A stretch of DNA of 64,000 nucleotides from Candidatus Heimdallarchaeota archaeon (GTDB taxonomy: Archaea; Asgardarchaeota; Heimdallarchaeia; JABLTI01). The stretch lies in contig JABCTZ010000036.1 in assembly GCA_018238155.1 (NCBI GenBank), forward strand, positions 192,001 through 256,000, in the 5' to 3' direction. The notes under the pieces were generated by a model. The model saw nothing but the letters and a program-made list of their open reading frames with translations, ran no database searches and had not been told where the DNA came from. The position numbers and the translations under genes are program-made. Positions 45,959-56,605 of the stretch are shown here, piece by piece (the first letter of the stretch is position 1; each line of letters begins with the position of its first letter).

Positions 45959-48859
45959 ATGCCAATGACTACTCAACAATCCGATACAAAAGAAAGTAAA
46001 ACATCATTTAAAATTATCTTTGGTGTTTTTCTTAAAACCGGAAAAAAAAGAATGATTACATCCATAATTACTGGGGCAATCATTTTTCTAGGATTAACAA
46101 CATTCTTTATGACATGGTACGGTTTGCGATATGATTCATTCTATACTTATATTGATCAAAATCATCCATGGAATAAAGATGAGAACATCAGTGTTTTTGG
46201 AATAGAGGAGATCTATGGAAATTATTCTATAGAAAATAACCTCCTTGATCTTGCTATTGCTGAATCAACACAGAAAATTGACAAATTAGTACCCGGAATA
46301 AGGGGAAATTACACTGCAGGAATGCGTTTGGATCTCTATACAAATTCTTCTGATAACACTGAAATTTTAACCAATGATTTGATTTCATTAGATATATCTT
46401 CTACACAAACACTTAGTTCTTGCTTAACAAGTGGACGTATGCCAGAAAATTATACTGAAATAGTTTTTTATAAAAAAAGCAGCAATTCAAATGTTTCAAT
46501 AAATGATATTATTTCATTTCATGCTTTTGGAGCTTCAAGTGATTTCTCTAAAAAAACATTAAACTGTACTGTTGTCGGTATCTTACAGAATGTAAGAGAG
46601 ATTTTGTATAGTAAAGGAGTATCCGCTGATTTTCTAATACAACCTGATGACTATTTCTTTTGGGACCCAGGTGCTAAAACATCTGATAATGATCAATTCT
46701 TTTCAAAAGATTTCTTCATGGATGACATTCTCAATTACTTTCCTGGAATCATTTCCAAATTTGTAATAGGTGTAGATTTTGATTACCAAATTTCAATTGC
46801 CCACATCAAGAATTTACGTAAGATTTCAAAAGATTTAGCTAAAGTTCAATATAGCTATGATGAGAGCTTTGATTACTTTCCAGGATATTATGTAACTTTC
46901 TGTGATGATTTAGTAAATGCTTTCGGGAATTTTGAACGACAGTGGATGGGTCAAACAATAAGTGTATTTGCATCAAGTTTACCTTTGTTGTTTATATTTG
47001 GAGTAATTGTTGTTGAAATATTTAATATTGGTTCATTTGAACAAGAATCAAAGTTTCGATTACTTAAAACTCATGGTTTAGAGTTTAAAATGATTAGAAA
47101 AATGTTGATATTGGAAAATTTCATTACTACCAGTTCAAGTTTAATTACTGGTTTTAGTTTAGGACTTTTAACAGGATTTTTAGTATTCCTTAAACTAGGC
47201 ATCTCAAAAGAGGTAACTTATATTGGTGCAGTATTTGAACCTTTGATTGTTATTGGAACACTGGTCTTATTCTTTGGTTTCTTTATCTTTGGTTTGATAA
47301 TTCAATATTCCCATGCCAAGAAAACTTCAGAAACTGCTACAGAGCAGTTCAAAAGTAAACGAAGAAAACTGATGAAAAAGATATTCGCAACTTCTGAAGT
47401 CATGTTCCTGAATGCTGGAATGTTATTGACATTTGCCGGTCTTTTTGGTAAGATTATTGTAGAATTCTTTAGTTATACTTCTGCAGCTGTTAATCCGGCA
47501 ATAGATTTCCTCATATGGTTTGTGTTAGTATTTGGAATTTTGTTTATATTGACATCAATATTTCTATTGATCTCTCGATTGCTAAATCTAATGTGGAGTG
47601 CAATTGGGAATAAGATATGGACAAATACCAAAAGCTATTTTGCCTTAACGCTAAAACATCTTGCAATCTATAATAAAAACTATCAAAGAATGGTTCTAGC
47701 GATGTTTATGCTTTGCTTAGGCATTACTCCCGGACTTATAATACATAAGTCAATAGAAAATCATAATGTGCTTGAGGCTAAGCTAACTGTTGGTTGTTCT
47801 GATTTTGTTATCGATGATTGGGATATTACAAATGACGTGTTGAAAGCAAATATCTCTTCTATTGAAGGTGTTGAAAATACTACTAAAGTCTCAATTTCAA
47901 AAATGCAAGTTATTACCTATGATGATCCATGGAGTACTTATTCATACAATATAAGATTCTATACAATTCATGATATATCAGAATATTTGCAAGTAGTGAA
48001 TCTAAGTATAATTGACGATGGGTATTCTGAGAAAGATTTGGAAAAATTATCTACAAATCTTACCTATATGATGAGCAGAAGCTATGCACGTGCTGAAAAA
48101 CTGGATAAAAAAGCTATTTTCAAAACAACAATGATTACAAGTGAAGCTTACGAACCATATTCAATGGAACTCATAAATTCATTTGACTATTTTCCATTGT
48201 TAACAGTAGTTAAGTCTAGTTTAGGTAATCTCCTCTTTCCTACAAAACAATTTGATTTGGTTATTGGAGGTACAACTTCAGGTATGCTTCTAAATAGAAC
48301 TGATAATTCTGTGAATACGAAGAGTTACTTACTCATCAATGCCAAACAAGGAGCTAATATAACTAAAATCAAGAATGAAATCAATCAGAAATTTAGTTTG
48401 ACAGCAAAAACACTTGATGATGTGACGACTGATTTGAATAAATCAGTTAGTAAATATGCTCAGATATTTCTTGTAATCACTTCAATAATTACTGCGATTG
48501 CTATTTTCTTCTTAGGTCTAATTTCGGCGATCAACGTTTATAGGCAAAGATTGAGAATAATTGAGTCTGAATTCCAATTAGGAGCTCAAAGACGACAAAT
48601 CTGGGGTAGTTTTACTTTAGAAGTTCTTTTAATAATTCCAATCCCAATTGCAATCTCAATGGCGATAGGAATTCCGGCTATAAATCTACTAACAAGTAAT
48701 GTTCTCAATATTACTGAGAATTTCAAGCAATTTAAATCATGGATGCCATGGTGGATAATTCTAATCGTAATTGCAATCGGTGTAATAGCTTTAATGTCAA
48801 GTTGGTTGCTAAAAATAATACCATTAGTGAAAAGCTATAAACCAATAAAGCAGGAGTGA
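45959..48859 (+). CDS. ABC transporter permease, FtsX/MacB-like duplicated
   Basis: Two FtsX-like TM blocks with LLKTHG and FQLGAQRRQI coupling motifs; large extracellular loops; overlaps downstream ATPase. Confidence 0.85.
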   Translation: MPMTTQQSDTKESKTSFKIIFGVFLKTGKKRMITSIITGAIIFLGLTTFFMTWYGLRYDSFYTYIDQNHPWNKDENISVFGIEEIYGNYSIENNLLDLAIAESTQKIDKLVPGIRGNYTAGMRLDLYTNSSDNTEILTNDLISLDISSTQTLSSCLTSGRMPENYTEIVFYKKSSNSNVSINDIISFHAFGASSDFSKKTLNCTVVGILQNVREILYSKGVSADFLIQPDDYFFWDPGAKTSDNDQFFSKDFFMDDILNYFPGIISKFVIGVDFDYQISIAHIKNLRKISKDLAKVQYSYDESFDYFPGYYVTFCDDLVNAFGNFERQWMGQTISVFASSLPLLFIFGVIVVEIFNIGSFEQESKFRLLKTHGLEFKMIRKMLILENFITTSSSLITGFSLGLLTGFLVFLKLGISKEVTYIGAVFEPLIVIGTLVLFFGFFIFGLIIQYSHAKKTSETATEQFKSKRRKLMKKIFATSEVMFLNAGMLLTFAGLFGKIIVEFFSYTSAAVNPAIDFLIWFVLVFGILFILTSIFLLISRLLNLMWSAIGNKIWTNTKSYFALTLKHLAIYNKNYQRMVLAMFMLCLGITPGLIIHKSIENHNVLEAKLTVGCSDFVIDDWDITNDVLKANISSIEGVENTTKVSISKMQVITYDDPWSTYSYNIRFYTIHDISEYLQVVNLSIIDDGYSEKDLEKLSTNLTYMMSRSYARAEKLDKKAIFKTTMITSEAYEPYSMELINSFDYFPLLTVVKSSLGNLLFPTKQFDLVIGGTTSGMLLNRTDNSVNTKSYLLINAKQGANITKIKNEINQKFSLTAKTLDDVTTDLNKSVSKYAQIFLVITSIITAIAIFFLGLISAINVYRQRLRIIESEFQLGAQRRQIWGSFTLEVLLIIPIPIAISMAIGIPAINLLTSNVLNITENFKQFKSWMPWWIILIVIAIGVIALMSSWLLKIIPLVKSYKPIKQE

Positions 48860-50526
48860 TTGAAATGATACGTTGCAGAGATTTAATAAAAATATTCGAA
48901 GACGAAGAAAATGAAGGTAATCGAATACCAGCCCTTCGAGGTTTTGATTTAGACATCAAAGAAGGAACTATTGTTTCAATGGTAGGTCCAAGTGGTAGTG
49001 GTAAAACAACTTTGATAAACATTTTATCTGGACTCTTAAAAGCGTCTAGTGGAGAATGCAAAGTTGGTAATTACGATCTTGAGTTGATGAATCAAAAATC
49101 TTTGAATAAATATCGACTAAAGAACGTTGGAATTATTGACCAATTCCCAGAAAGAACACTATTTCTAGATGCAACAGTAGAAGAAAACATGAATTTTTCC
49201 GTAGGATTAATTTTTGGTAATTCTACTGACTTCAAATCTAGGAATCTTGAAATACTTGAAACCTTAGGAATTGATCATCTCATATCCAGACGAGTGAGAT
49301 TTCTATCTGGAGGTGAAATGACTAGAACTGCTGTTGCATGTGCATTAGCAAAGAATGTTCCTCTCCTTCTATGTGATGAACCAACCGGGCAATTGGACAG
49401 CCTCAATACTGAGAAAGTAAAAAACTTGCTCAGAAAAGTTGCTCATGATTTCGGAACAACTATCCTAGTCGTTACACATGATTATCGCTTTTTTGATGGA
49501 GTAGATAAAACATGTGAAATACGAGATGGTAGAGTGACCTCTATGCTCTCTTTAGAGGAACAAATGCTCCTCAATGGAAACAAAGAATACCCCTTAAAAT
49601 TCAGAGGTCAAATTGATTCATCAAATAGTGTTCGAATACCTGATCTCGTTTTAAGATCATTGAAAGTCAAACGAGAAGTTGATTTTGAATTGTTTGAGGA
49701 AGGCGAAGTAAAACTCTCTCATCCAGAGAATTTACCACCCGAAAGAGTGGTCAAGGAAGACATCAAAGTTCGTCGAAAAGATTTGTATGTAAATCCCTTG
49801 TCTCAAACACACTTCACAGGAAAAGAGATAATGGTTGATCTACAAGATGTATCCAAAACCTATCGTGGTAATGGTGCTGAAGTCGAAGCTCTACAAAATA
49901 TCAATTTAAAACTCTATAAAGGTGAGTTGATATTTGTTCTTGGACCAAGCGGGTCTGGAAAAACAACTTTGATTAAACTTTTATCAGGTTTAGATAATCC
50001 TACAAGTGGTTCAATTTTTTACCAAAACACTGACTTTACAAAATTATCTGATATGCAAAAATCAGATTTTCGTAGAAATGAGATGGGTTTAGTCTCACAA
50101 CAAGGAAACCTTCATCCATTTTTAACAATTGATGACAATTTCTATCTTAAGGATATCTTTTCAGGGAATCGTTATACAAATGCTACAAATTTAGATGAGA
50201 GAAATGTTGAATATCTTACTAAATTTAAAATCAACCATCGCAAAAATTCCTATCCTCTTGAAATTTCAGGAGGTGAATTACAAAGAGCTTCCCTTGCAAT
50301 AGCAAACTACTCCTATCCACCTATAATCATATTAGATGAACCAACGGCTAATTTTGATTCAGAATTAGCTACACATGCTATTGAAGAAATCTATGCCACA
50401 CACAAGAATTCAGATACTACTTTTATTATCGCAACTCACGACATAGCTTTAATCAAAGATGGAATACGTGCAATAGAATTGCAAGATGGACAAATTAGTA
50501 AAGATGGTATTGTGTTCACGAAATAG
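48856..50526 (+). CDS. ABC ATP-binding protein with two LolD-like NBDs separated by AbrB-like domain
   Basis: Two GPSGSGKTT, LSGGE/ISGGE, CDEPT/LDEPT; linker GQIDSSNSVRIPDLVLRSL. Confidence 0.9.
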   Translation: MIEMIRCRDLIKIFEDEENEGNRIPALRGFDLDIKEGTIVSMVGPSGSGKTTLINILSGLLKASSGECKVGNYDLELMNQKSLNKYRLKNVGIIDQFPERTLFLDATVEENMNFSVGLIFGNSTDFKSRNLEILETLGIDHLISRRVRFLSGGEMTRTAVACALAKNVPLLLCDEPTGQLDSLNTEKVKNLLRKVAHDFGTTILVVTHDYRFFDGVDKTCEIRDGRVTSMLSLEEQMLLNGNKEYPLKFRGQIDSSNSVRIPDLVLRSLKVKREVDFELFEEGEVKLSHPENLPPERVVKEDIKVRRKDLYVNPLSQTHFTGKEIMVDLQDVSKTYRGNGAEVEALQNINLKLYKGELIFVLGPSGSGKTTLIKLLSGLDNPTSGSIFYQNTDFTKLSDMQKSDFRRNEMGLVSQQGNLHPFLTIDDNFYLKDIFSGNRYTNATNLDERNVEYLTKFKINHRKNSYPLEISGGELQRASLAIANYSYPPIIILDEPTANFDSELATHAIEEIYATHKNSDTTFIIATHDIALIKDGIRAIELQDGQISKDGIVFTK

Positions 50527-50547
50527 TAAAATGAACGCAATATTTTC

Positions 50548-52191
50548 TTATTTTTTCTTTTTTCTCTTAATTATTAACGCAGCCATTGTACTTAGTGAAA
50601 AAAGACCTATTAATACACTAAATACAGAAAAGCTCTCAAGAAAAGGAGTGAAATCTTCCGGATAAGTTGAACCACCGAAAAATATTTCCTCGGGTGGTGT
50701 ATATATCAAATCTTCTCTTGGAGGAAATTTATCAATATCTGTTGGGTCTGTTGAAGCTAAAACTTCAATACCATCGGCAAAACCATCTAAATCTGTATCT
50801 GAGTTATTTACTTCTGTATTATAATAGATTTCAGAAAGGTCATCTAGTAAATCTGAATCTTTATCTTGCCAACCGGTGTTACTGAAAGATCCCCGATAAC
50901 AAAACCATGGAGAATCTCCAGATTGAGTAACCCCTGTCAATTCCAAACAGTACAAATTTGAATCATAATATCCTGAACCAAAGATTATCTCGGAAACATT
51001 ATCATTATCAAGATCAATAACACATGAAGATGTTCTTGCAGGAGCAAGAAGAGTATACTTCCAAAGCATATTACCATTATTTTGTAAACAGTAAAAATCA
51101 TAATTATTGCTACCTATTAAAATTTCATAAAAACCATCGTTGTCTAAATCAGCGATTGAAGGGGAAGACCAAATGCTTTCTCCTGTAGAAAAAGTCCAGT
51201 TAATAGTTCCATTGTGGAATAAACAATGTATCATCCCGTCATTTGATCCAAAAATAATTTCTTTGTTAGAGTCACCAAATAAGTCGTATATTGCAGGAGA
51301 AGAAAAGATGCTGTCAGTAGTAAAATATCTCCAATTTGTGTGTCCCGTTGAATTGAGACAATAGATGCTATTGTTCACTGAACCAATAATTATCTCTAAT
51401 TTTCCATCTCCATTCAAATCACTGATCGTTGGTGAAGAAAAACTTACTTGCGAAACCTGTGTTGCTTTCCAAACAAGCTCACCCGATGAACTAAGGCAAT
51501 ATAAAGCATCTGTTCCAGCAAAAACTTCTAGATGTCCATCAGAATCAATATCAGATATACCTAATGCACTTCCAAAATAAAATGCGCCAGCTGTTTTATA
51601 GCTCCATTCTAATGAACCATTAGATCCAAGACAATAAAGAATCGAATCTCCTGAACCAATTAAGACTTCAAGTTCGTTATCCATATCAATATCAATAATG
51701 GTTGGAGTTGTTGATACTTCTCCTCCTGTAGTATAGATCCAATTGGTATAAACCATTGCATAATCATCCTCTATAACAGGAGTGATACAATAGATGTTGT
51801 TATCATATGATCCAAATACAATGTCAAGAAAGCCATCTTTGTTTAAATCTGCAACAGCTGGTGTGGATGAAATAACATCATCAGCAAAGTAACACCATAA
51901 TTCATTTCCATCTTTATCAACACAGTAGAGACAACCATCTTGTGAACCAAAAATGATCTCAAGATTTCCATCTCCTTCCAAATCGAATGGAATTGGTGAA
52001 GTCCCAATGGAACTAAATGTAGGGAAGACCCATTTCAAATTTACACCCATAGCTTCAATTGAATAGCTGTCAAGATTTTCACTAGTCACTTGCGAGCTTG
52101 TTTCTACAAATGATGATTGTGAAATAAATAACAAACAAATGACAACTGCTATGGATTTCTTCAAGTCAAATCTCTCTAAGTGATAGATCAT
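50548..52191 (-). CDS. Secreted FG-GAP/PQQ-like beta-propeller surface protein with Ca-binding DxDxDG repeats and C-terminal membrane anchor
   Basis: About 7 repeats of SSPxIxDLxxDGxxEIxxGSxDxxxYCL; signal peptide; DTDLDGFADGIE; TM followed by KRKKKK. Confidence 0.85.
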   Translation of the reverse strand: MIYHLERFDLKKSIAVVICLLFISQSSFVETSSQVTSENLDSYSIEAMGVNLKWVFPTFSSIGTSPIPFDLEGDGNLEIIFGSQDGCLYCVDKDGNELWCYFADDVISSTPAVADLNKDGFLDIVFGSYDNNIYCITPVIEDDYAMVYTNWIYTTGGEVSTTPTIIDIDMDNELEVLIGSGDSILYCLGSNGSLEWSYKTAGAFYFGSALGISDIDSDGHLEVFAGTDALYCLSSSGELVWKATQVSQVSFSSPTISDLNGDGKLEIIIGSVNNSIYCLNSTGHTNWRYFTTDSIFSSPAIYDLFGDSNKEIIFGSNDGMIHCLFHNGTINWTFSTGESIWSSPSIADLDNDGFYEILIGSNNYDFYCLQNNGNMLWKYTLLAPARTSSCVIDLDNDNVSEIIFGSGYYDSNLYCLELTGVTQSGDSPWFCYRGSFSNTGWQDKDSDLLDDLSEIYYNTEVNNSDTDLDGFADGIEVLASTDPTDIDKFPPREDLIYTPPEEIFFGGSTYPEDFTPFLESFSVFSVLIGLFSLSTMAALIIKRKKKK

Positions 52192-52287
52192 AGTATAATT
52201 AAATATAGTCTTCTAAAATTATTAACTTTTAGTACAAAAATAGAGCTGTACATTTACTAATGAGTTAAAAAAGAAAATACTGAAATG

Positions 52288-53271
52288 TTAGTTCCATTCT
52301 TTCTTGATTGAAAAGGAATTTTTTGTGTCTGTGGTCTTCCTATAGAATAGTTCAGCTAAAAATCCGATAAAAATTAATAATATTCCAAATAAGAATAGTA
52401 TCAGTCCCATTGTAACTAGGGGATTGGAAAGAAATGTTACAGGCTCCAAATAATATTTCCAAAATCGATAAAATAGTACTTGCTCAAATAATGCCCATAT
52501 ACCACTAAGAAAACTCAGAGAAATGAATACAACTGCCCAGAGATTGAAGAGGTGACCCGGTTTTGTGCCCCATTTGTTCATTGCACGCAAAGTAAGAAGG
52601 TCATTAAATCCTCTGAATAATCTTCTGAAACAATATTTTGTTTTACCCATTGTTCGTGGTTTATGATTTGTTTCAATTTCTCCAATTCTGTATCCTTTTT
52701 TAGAAAGAATTGCTGGAATATATCTGTGTCCTTCAGCAAACAATTGCAGCCCATCGATAGCTTCTCTACGATATGATCTAAGTGTGCATCCAGAATCATG
52801 TACGGATAAATTATTGAAACGACGATTGAGAAAGTTGTTAAATTTAGAAGGAATTTTTTTCAAGGAATTATCTTGACGATTTTTACGCCAGCCACAAATA
52901 ACGTCATACTCGTTTGTTAAAGCATCTAACAATTTTGGAATGTCTTTTGGATCGTTTTGTAAATCACCATCAAGTGTTACAATGATATCTCCTGTAACTT
53001 TAGCGAACCCAGCTAATAGCGCTGGTGTCTGTCCATAATTTCTCTGTAATTCTAAAATCCGTAGAGTACCATTATTCTTTTCATAACCGTTTGATAATAT
53101 GCTTTTCAAGTTTAGTAGAGTTTTATCTAGAGAACCATCATCAACAAAAATTATTTCATATGGGTGATTTCTTTTACTCATAGTATTAGAAATAGAATGA
53201 TAAAGTGGAAGAACATTGTCTTCCTCATTGTAAACCGGAATTACGATTGATATCAAATTGCACCAGCTCAT
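52288..53271 (-). CDS. GT2 glycosyltransferase (ArnC/DPM-like polyprenol-phosphate glycosyltransferase)
   Basis: SIVIPVYNEE, VDDGSLD, RNYGQT, DGDLQNDP, two C-terminal TMs. Confidence 0.93.
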   Translation of the reverse strand: MSWCNLISIVIPVYNEEDNVLPLYHSISNTMSKRNHPYEIIFVDDGSLDKTLLNLKSILSNGYEKNNGTLRILELQRNYGQTPALLAGFAKVTGDIIVTLDGDLQNDPKDIPKLLDALTNEYDVICGWRKNRQDNSLKKIPSKFNNFLNRRFNNLSVHDSGCTLRSYRREAIDGLQLFAEGHRYIPAILSKKGYRIGEIETNHKPRTMGKTKYCFRRLFRGFNDLLTLRAMNKWGTKPGHLFNLWAVVFISLSFLSGIWALFEQVLFYRFWKYYLEPVTFLSNPLVTMGLILFLFGILLIFIGFLAELFYRKTTDTKNSFSIKKEWN

Positions 53272-53343
53272 ATTAAATTTGTATTGAGCTATTTTTGTCA
53301 GCTCATTTATACGCTGGGCAATTTACTTTTTAAATAGCTAAAT

Positions 53344-54063
53344 TTACACTAATTTCTCTAAATCATCCAATGAAGTTTTCGCCACTGTTCGAACAACAGG
53401 ATGTTTATCATTCTTATGAGCTTTAAGTAGCGCTTCTTTTACCTTAGTGTCATTGACCTCTCCAAAATTACGCGCAACCTTCTGTCTGAATCTAAAATCG
53501 GCATCATTTTCTAATGATTCAATTAACTCTGGTAAAAATGATTGCAGATGATTCTTGTTCATGATGAGTATTCTGGCAGCATTCATTCTAGTAACATAAT
53601 AAGATGCATTTTTCAACGCTGATAATAATCCGGGGATAATTTCTCCAAAATTCTCATATTCCATTTCACCAAGAGCAATTGCTGCCATATCTCCGATGCC
53701 ATTTTTTTCTCCAAGATATTTTACTATGTAGGGTATTGCTTCTTGTGCTTTTGTTGCTCTCCAACCTAATCTTTGAATTGTTTGGAAGCAGATTCGTGAA
53801 TCAAGTTTTTCGTATTGGATTATTGTTGTGAGAATTGGAATATAGTGTTCATCTTCTAAATAGGGTAGAACTTGTCTGTAAATAATGGATAAAAGAATGA
53901 GATTTTCAGCTATCTTTTCATCTTGTACAAATCCAAGTATTAGTTCCCCAACTTTTTCTTTATTCTTCTGAACAAATGGTTCGACAATGTAGTTAGGTCT
54001 ACTCAATTCCTGTTCTATTAATTTGAATAATTCTTCTTCAATTCCAGTAGTTTTTGTTGTCAT
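53344..54063 (-). CDS. HEAT-repeat protein
   Basis: AAIALGEM, LLSALKNASYYVTRMNAA, DKHPVVRTVAKTSL. Confidence 0.8.
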   Translation of the reverse strand: MTTKTTGIEEELFKLIEQELSRPNYIVEPFVQKNKEKVGELILGFVQDEKIAENLILLSIIYRQVLPYLEDEHYIPILTTIIQYEKLDSRICFQTIQRLGWRATKAQEAIPYIVKYLGEKNGIGDMAAIALGEMEYENFGEIIPGLLSALKNASYYVTRMNAARILIMNKNHLQSFLPELIESLENDADFRFRQKVARNFGEVNDTKVKEALLKAHKNDKHPVVRTVAKTSLDDLEKLV

Positions 54064-54076
54064 TATATTTCACCAT

Positions 54077-55165
54077 CTATTGTTCAGCAAGCCTCTTTTT
54101 CCAATAATCTCGAGGGTCAGTAAACCTTAGTCCACTTCGTAGATTGAAAGGACAAACAGATATACATGTGGAACATTCTCCACCGTTATCGGTCCAAAAT
54201 TCATAACATTTGTCGACATTTACAGCCCATCGATAAATTCCTTTGTTGTTAGAATCACTATACGTTTTGAAAGAAGGTTCATCATCAAATGAGATCGCTT
54301 CATTTTCACATGCCTCTGCACATCTCTTACACTTTCGACAATAATCCGTCAATCCAAAATCTACTTTTTCATCATGTAGTAAAGGCATATCAGTAAATAC
54401 TTTGCAAAGTCTGACTCGAGCACCATGATCTCGAGTTGTTAATAACCCATTTCGCCCTACTTGACCAAGACCGGCTTCTACTGCTATGGGTATTGATAAT
54501 GCAGTATCATTTCCTGTTGGAACTGCACGATAACCTAATTTTCTAATAAATTCTGCAAGGGAAGAAACAATGAATGCCATTTGAGAATACCCCATACCGC
54601 TTGCAAACCCTTGAGTCATTGAAGGTGAAGTGCTAATCGTATCTGCATCCATTACAGCACCAATGGCAATTACTGAAGTCATTCCTTCGGGCATTTCAAT
54701 AGGCGTTTCAACTCTATCTTCTGTATAAGTCCATTTCTCATTGTAAGGGGCTATTCCAACCATATCTGCCCCAAAGGATTTTGTGACTGCTTTTATTGTC
54801 CTTGTCACTTTATCGATATTGTTATCATTTATCTCATAGACTTCAGGAAGTGCATCTGGCATCATGTTACTAGGCTTGGCAAGCTTTTCCCAAGAAAAAG
54901 CCCGACGGAAGTAATCATGAACAGTCCATGAAGCAATTGCTAATGCATGATCAATTTGAGTATAACCTGGTTGCTTTTCATCCAAAATGTCTGGAACTTT
55001 ATCATACATGTATACTTTATATGTTTTCATGTCTTCATCCCAGTTAACCCTGCCAAAAATACTGTCGTATTCACTAAAAGGCTCAAAATCCTCCTTTAGA
55101 GTAAATTCTGGAGATACAGTGAGTTTTTTATTTTCTGTTCCTTCTTTTTTCTTTGTGTCAGACAT
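54077..55165 (-). CDS. Reductive dehalogenase-like cobalamin/4Fe-4S protein (no Tat leader)
   Basis: FGADMVGIA, FIRKLGYRA, SIPIAVEAGLGQVGRNG, KVFTDMPL, CRKCKRCAEAC, CSTCISVCPF. Confidence 0.85.
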   Translation of the reverse strand: MSDTKKKEGTENKKLTVSPEFTLKEDFEPFSEYDSIFGRVNWDEDMKTYKVYMYDKVPDILDEKQPGYTQIDHALAIASWTVHDYFRRAFSWEKLAKPSNMMPDALPEVYEINDNNIDKVTRTIKAVTKSFGADMVGIAPYNEKWTYTEDRVETPIEMPEGMTSVIAIGAVMDADTISTSPSMTQGFASGMGYSQMAFIVSSLAEFIRKLGYRAVPTGNDTALSIPIAVEAGLGQVGRNGLLTTRDHGARVRLCKVFTDMPLLHDEKVDFGLTDYCRKCKRCAEACENEAISFDDEPSFKTYSDSNNKGIYRWAVNVDKCYEFWTDNGGECSTCISVCPFNLRSGLRFTDPRDYWKKRLAEQ

Positions 55166-55264
55166 AACATTTTCCGTTCCATTTTTCTGAACTCATATTC
55201 CAATAGTTATTGAAATACTTTGTTTAATTATTGATTTTTTTCCTGTATTATAGAAAACATTTTT

Positions 55265-55332
55265 TGTGAGCAATGTTCACATATATTTAAATACTCGTTC
55301 TATCCCTCTCTCGTTGTGAACAATGTTCACAA
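55265..55332. promoter_or_regulatory. Two TetR-type palindromic operators flanking a TATA-like box
   Basis: TGTGAGCAATGTTCACA (55265-55281) and TTGTGAACAATGTTCACAA (55314-55332), with TTTAAATA between them. Confidence 0.75.
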
Positions 55333-55352
55333 AAACTACCTCGTTGATTAAA

Positions 55353-56534
55353 ATGAAAAAACATTGGAAAATTATGAAAATAATTGGTATAAGCCTTAGT
55401 GTAATAGTAGTTGTTTCATTAGTAGCAGGAGTTTTTGCAGATGGTGCTTTTCTCCGTAGAAAATACTTAGAGCCTTGGGAAACATCGTATCATCAACAAT
55501 TTGATGACCCGCGCCAACAATTAGTTGCTCATGCACTATTAGCTGCGAATTAACACAATCTTCAATCCTGGAAAATAGTATTAGACCCAATTGATGAAAT
55601 GTCCTTTTTGTTATATGTAGAAACTGATAGGTTATCTCCAACTGTAGATCCATATTCTCGTCAGATTACAATTAGTCAAGGAACATTTCTTGAGTATCTC
55701 AAAATAGCCGGCAACCAATTAGGTTATCAGACTACTATAGAATTGTTTCCAGAAGGTGAATATGATGTTATTGGTTCAATTGCAAGTATGAATTCTAAAC
55801 CAGTAGCTCGTATTGATCTAACTGAAAGTACACCTACTAGTGATTCTTTATATGATTACATGTTTGTTCCTGATACTTTCCGAGTAGAGTATTCAGATAC
55901 TCAACTCAATTCAAGTCAAATTACTGATATTTTAGCTTTGGCTGAGAATAATTTCACTCTATTGCTTTTTCAAGATCAAATAACTCTGGAACATATTCAT
56001 GATATTGTTTATCGTGCTGCAGCAGTAGAAGCAAATTTAACACGAGTTTATGAAGAAAACAAAGATTTACTCAGAAAAAATGAATGGCAGAAAAACAAAT
56101 ATCGTTATGGTTTCAGCCTGGATGGTTCAGGTAGTGCTGGTATTGGCTTGCATTTTACTCAAGCATTATTGACGATACTACCTTTTTTGAATTCTGAAAA
56201 AACAAATATAGAAGCATTTCTATCCCAAGTAAACTTAGCAATAGAAAATACACCTATTTATTTAATGATTCTATCCTCAAATAATTCCCGTGTATCACAA
56301 GTACAAACTGGAATGTTATATAGTCGAATTTTGTTAACAATAACAAAAATGGGTTTTGCAATGCACCCGCTTTCCCAAGCACTAGAAGAATATTCTGAAA
56401 TGGATGATATCTATCAAGAAATCCATAATCACTACGCTCCCGGTGGTGAAATAATACAGATGCTGATTCGAATGGGACAATCTATTAGAGGTACCTCCCC
56501 AACCATGCGCCTTGATGTTTCCCAAATAATTTAA
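55353..56534 (+). pseudogene. Acg-family FMN-binding nitroreductase-like gene interrupted by in-frame TAA (55551-55553)
   Basis: ORFs 55323..55553 and 55599..56534 share a frame; read-through gives LLAAN*HNLQSWKI (Acg A-x-S-x-HNxQPW); also DPYSRQITISQGTFLE and HPLSQALEE. Confidence 0.8.
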
Positions 56535-56544
56535 CAAAATAGTG

Positions 56545-56580
56545 TTGTGCTAGTAAGATATTAGCACAAACATTTTTTTT
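56545..56580 (+). terminator. Hairpin plus T-tract after Acg-like gene
   Basis: TTGTGCTAGTA-AGA-TATTAGCACAA followed by a T8 run. Confidence 0.5.
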
Positions 56581-56605
56581 ACTATAGCTCATATATCATT
56601 CACCA

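Noticed and set aside
45398-45979. 193-aa antisense ORF
   Set aside because: Shadow of rocD with no recognisable motifs; the same applies to the other short antisense ORFs in the track (e.g. 23390..23806, 28381..28758, 59549..60079)
55551-55553. Possible Sec/Pyl recoding at the internal stop
   Set aside because: The codon is TAA, not TGA or TAG, and TAA ends many genes in this window
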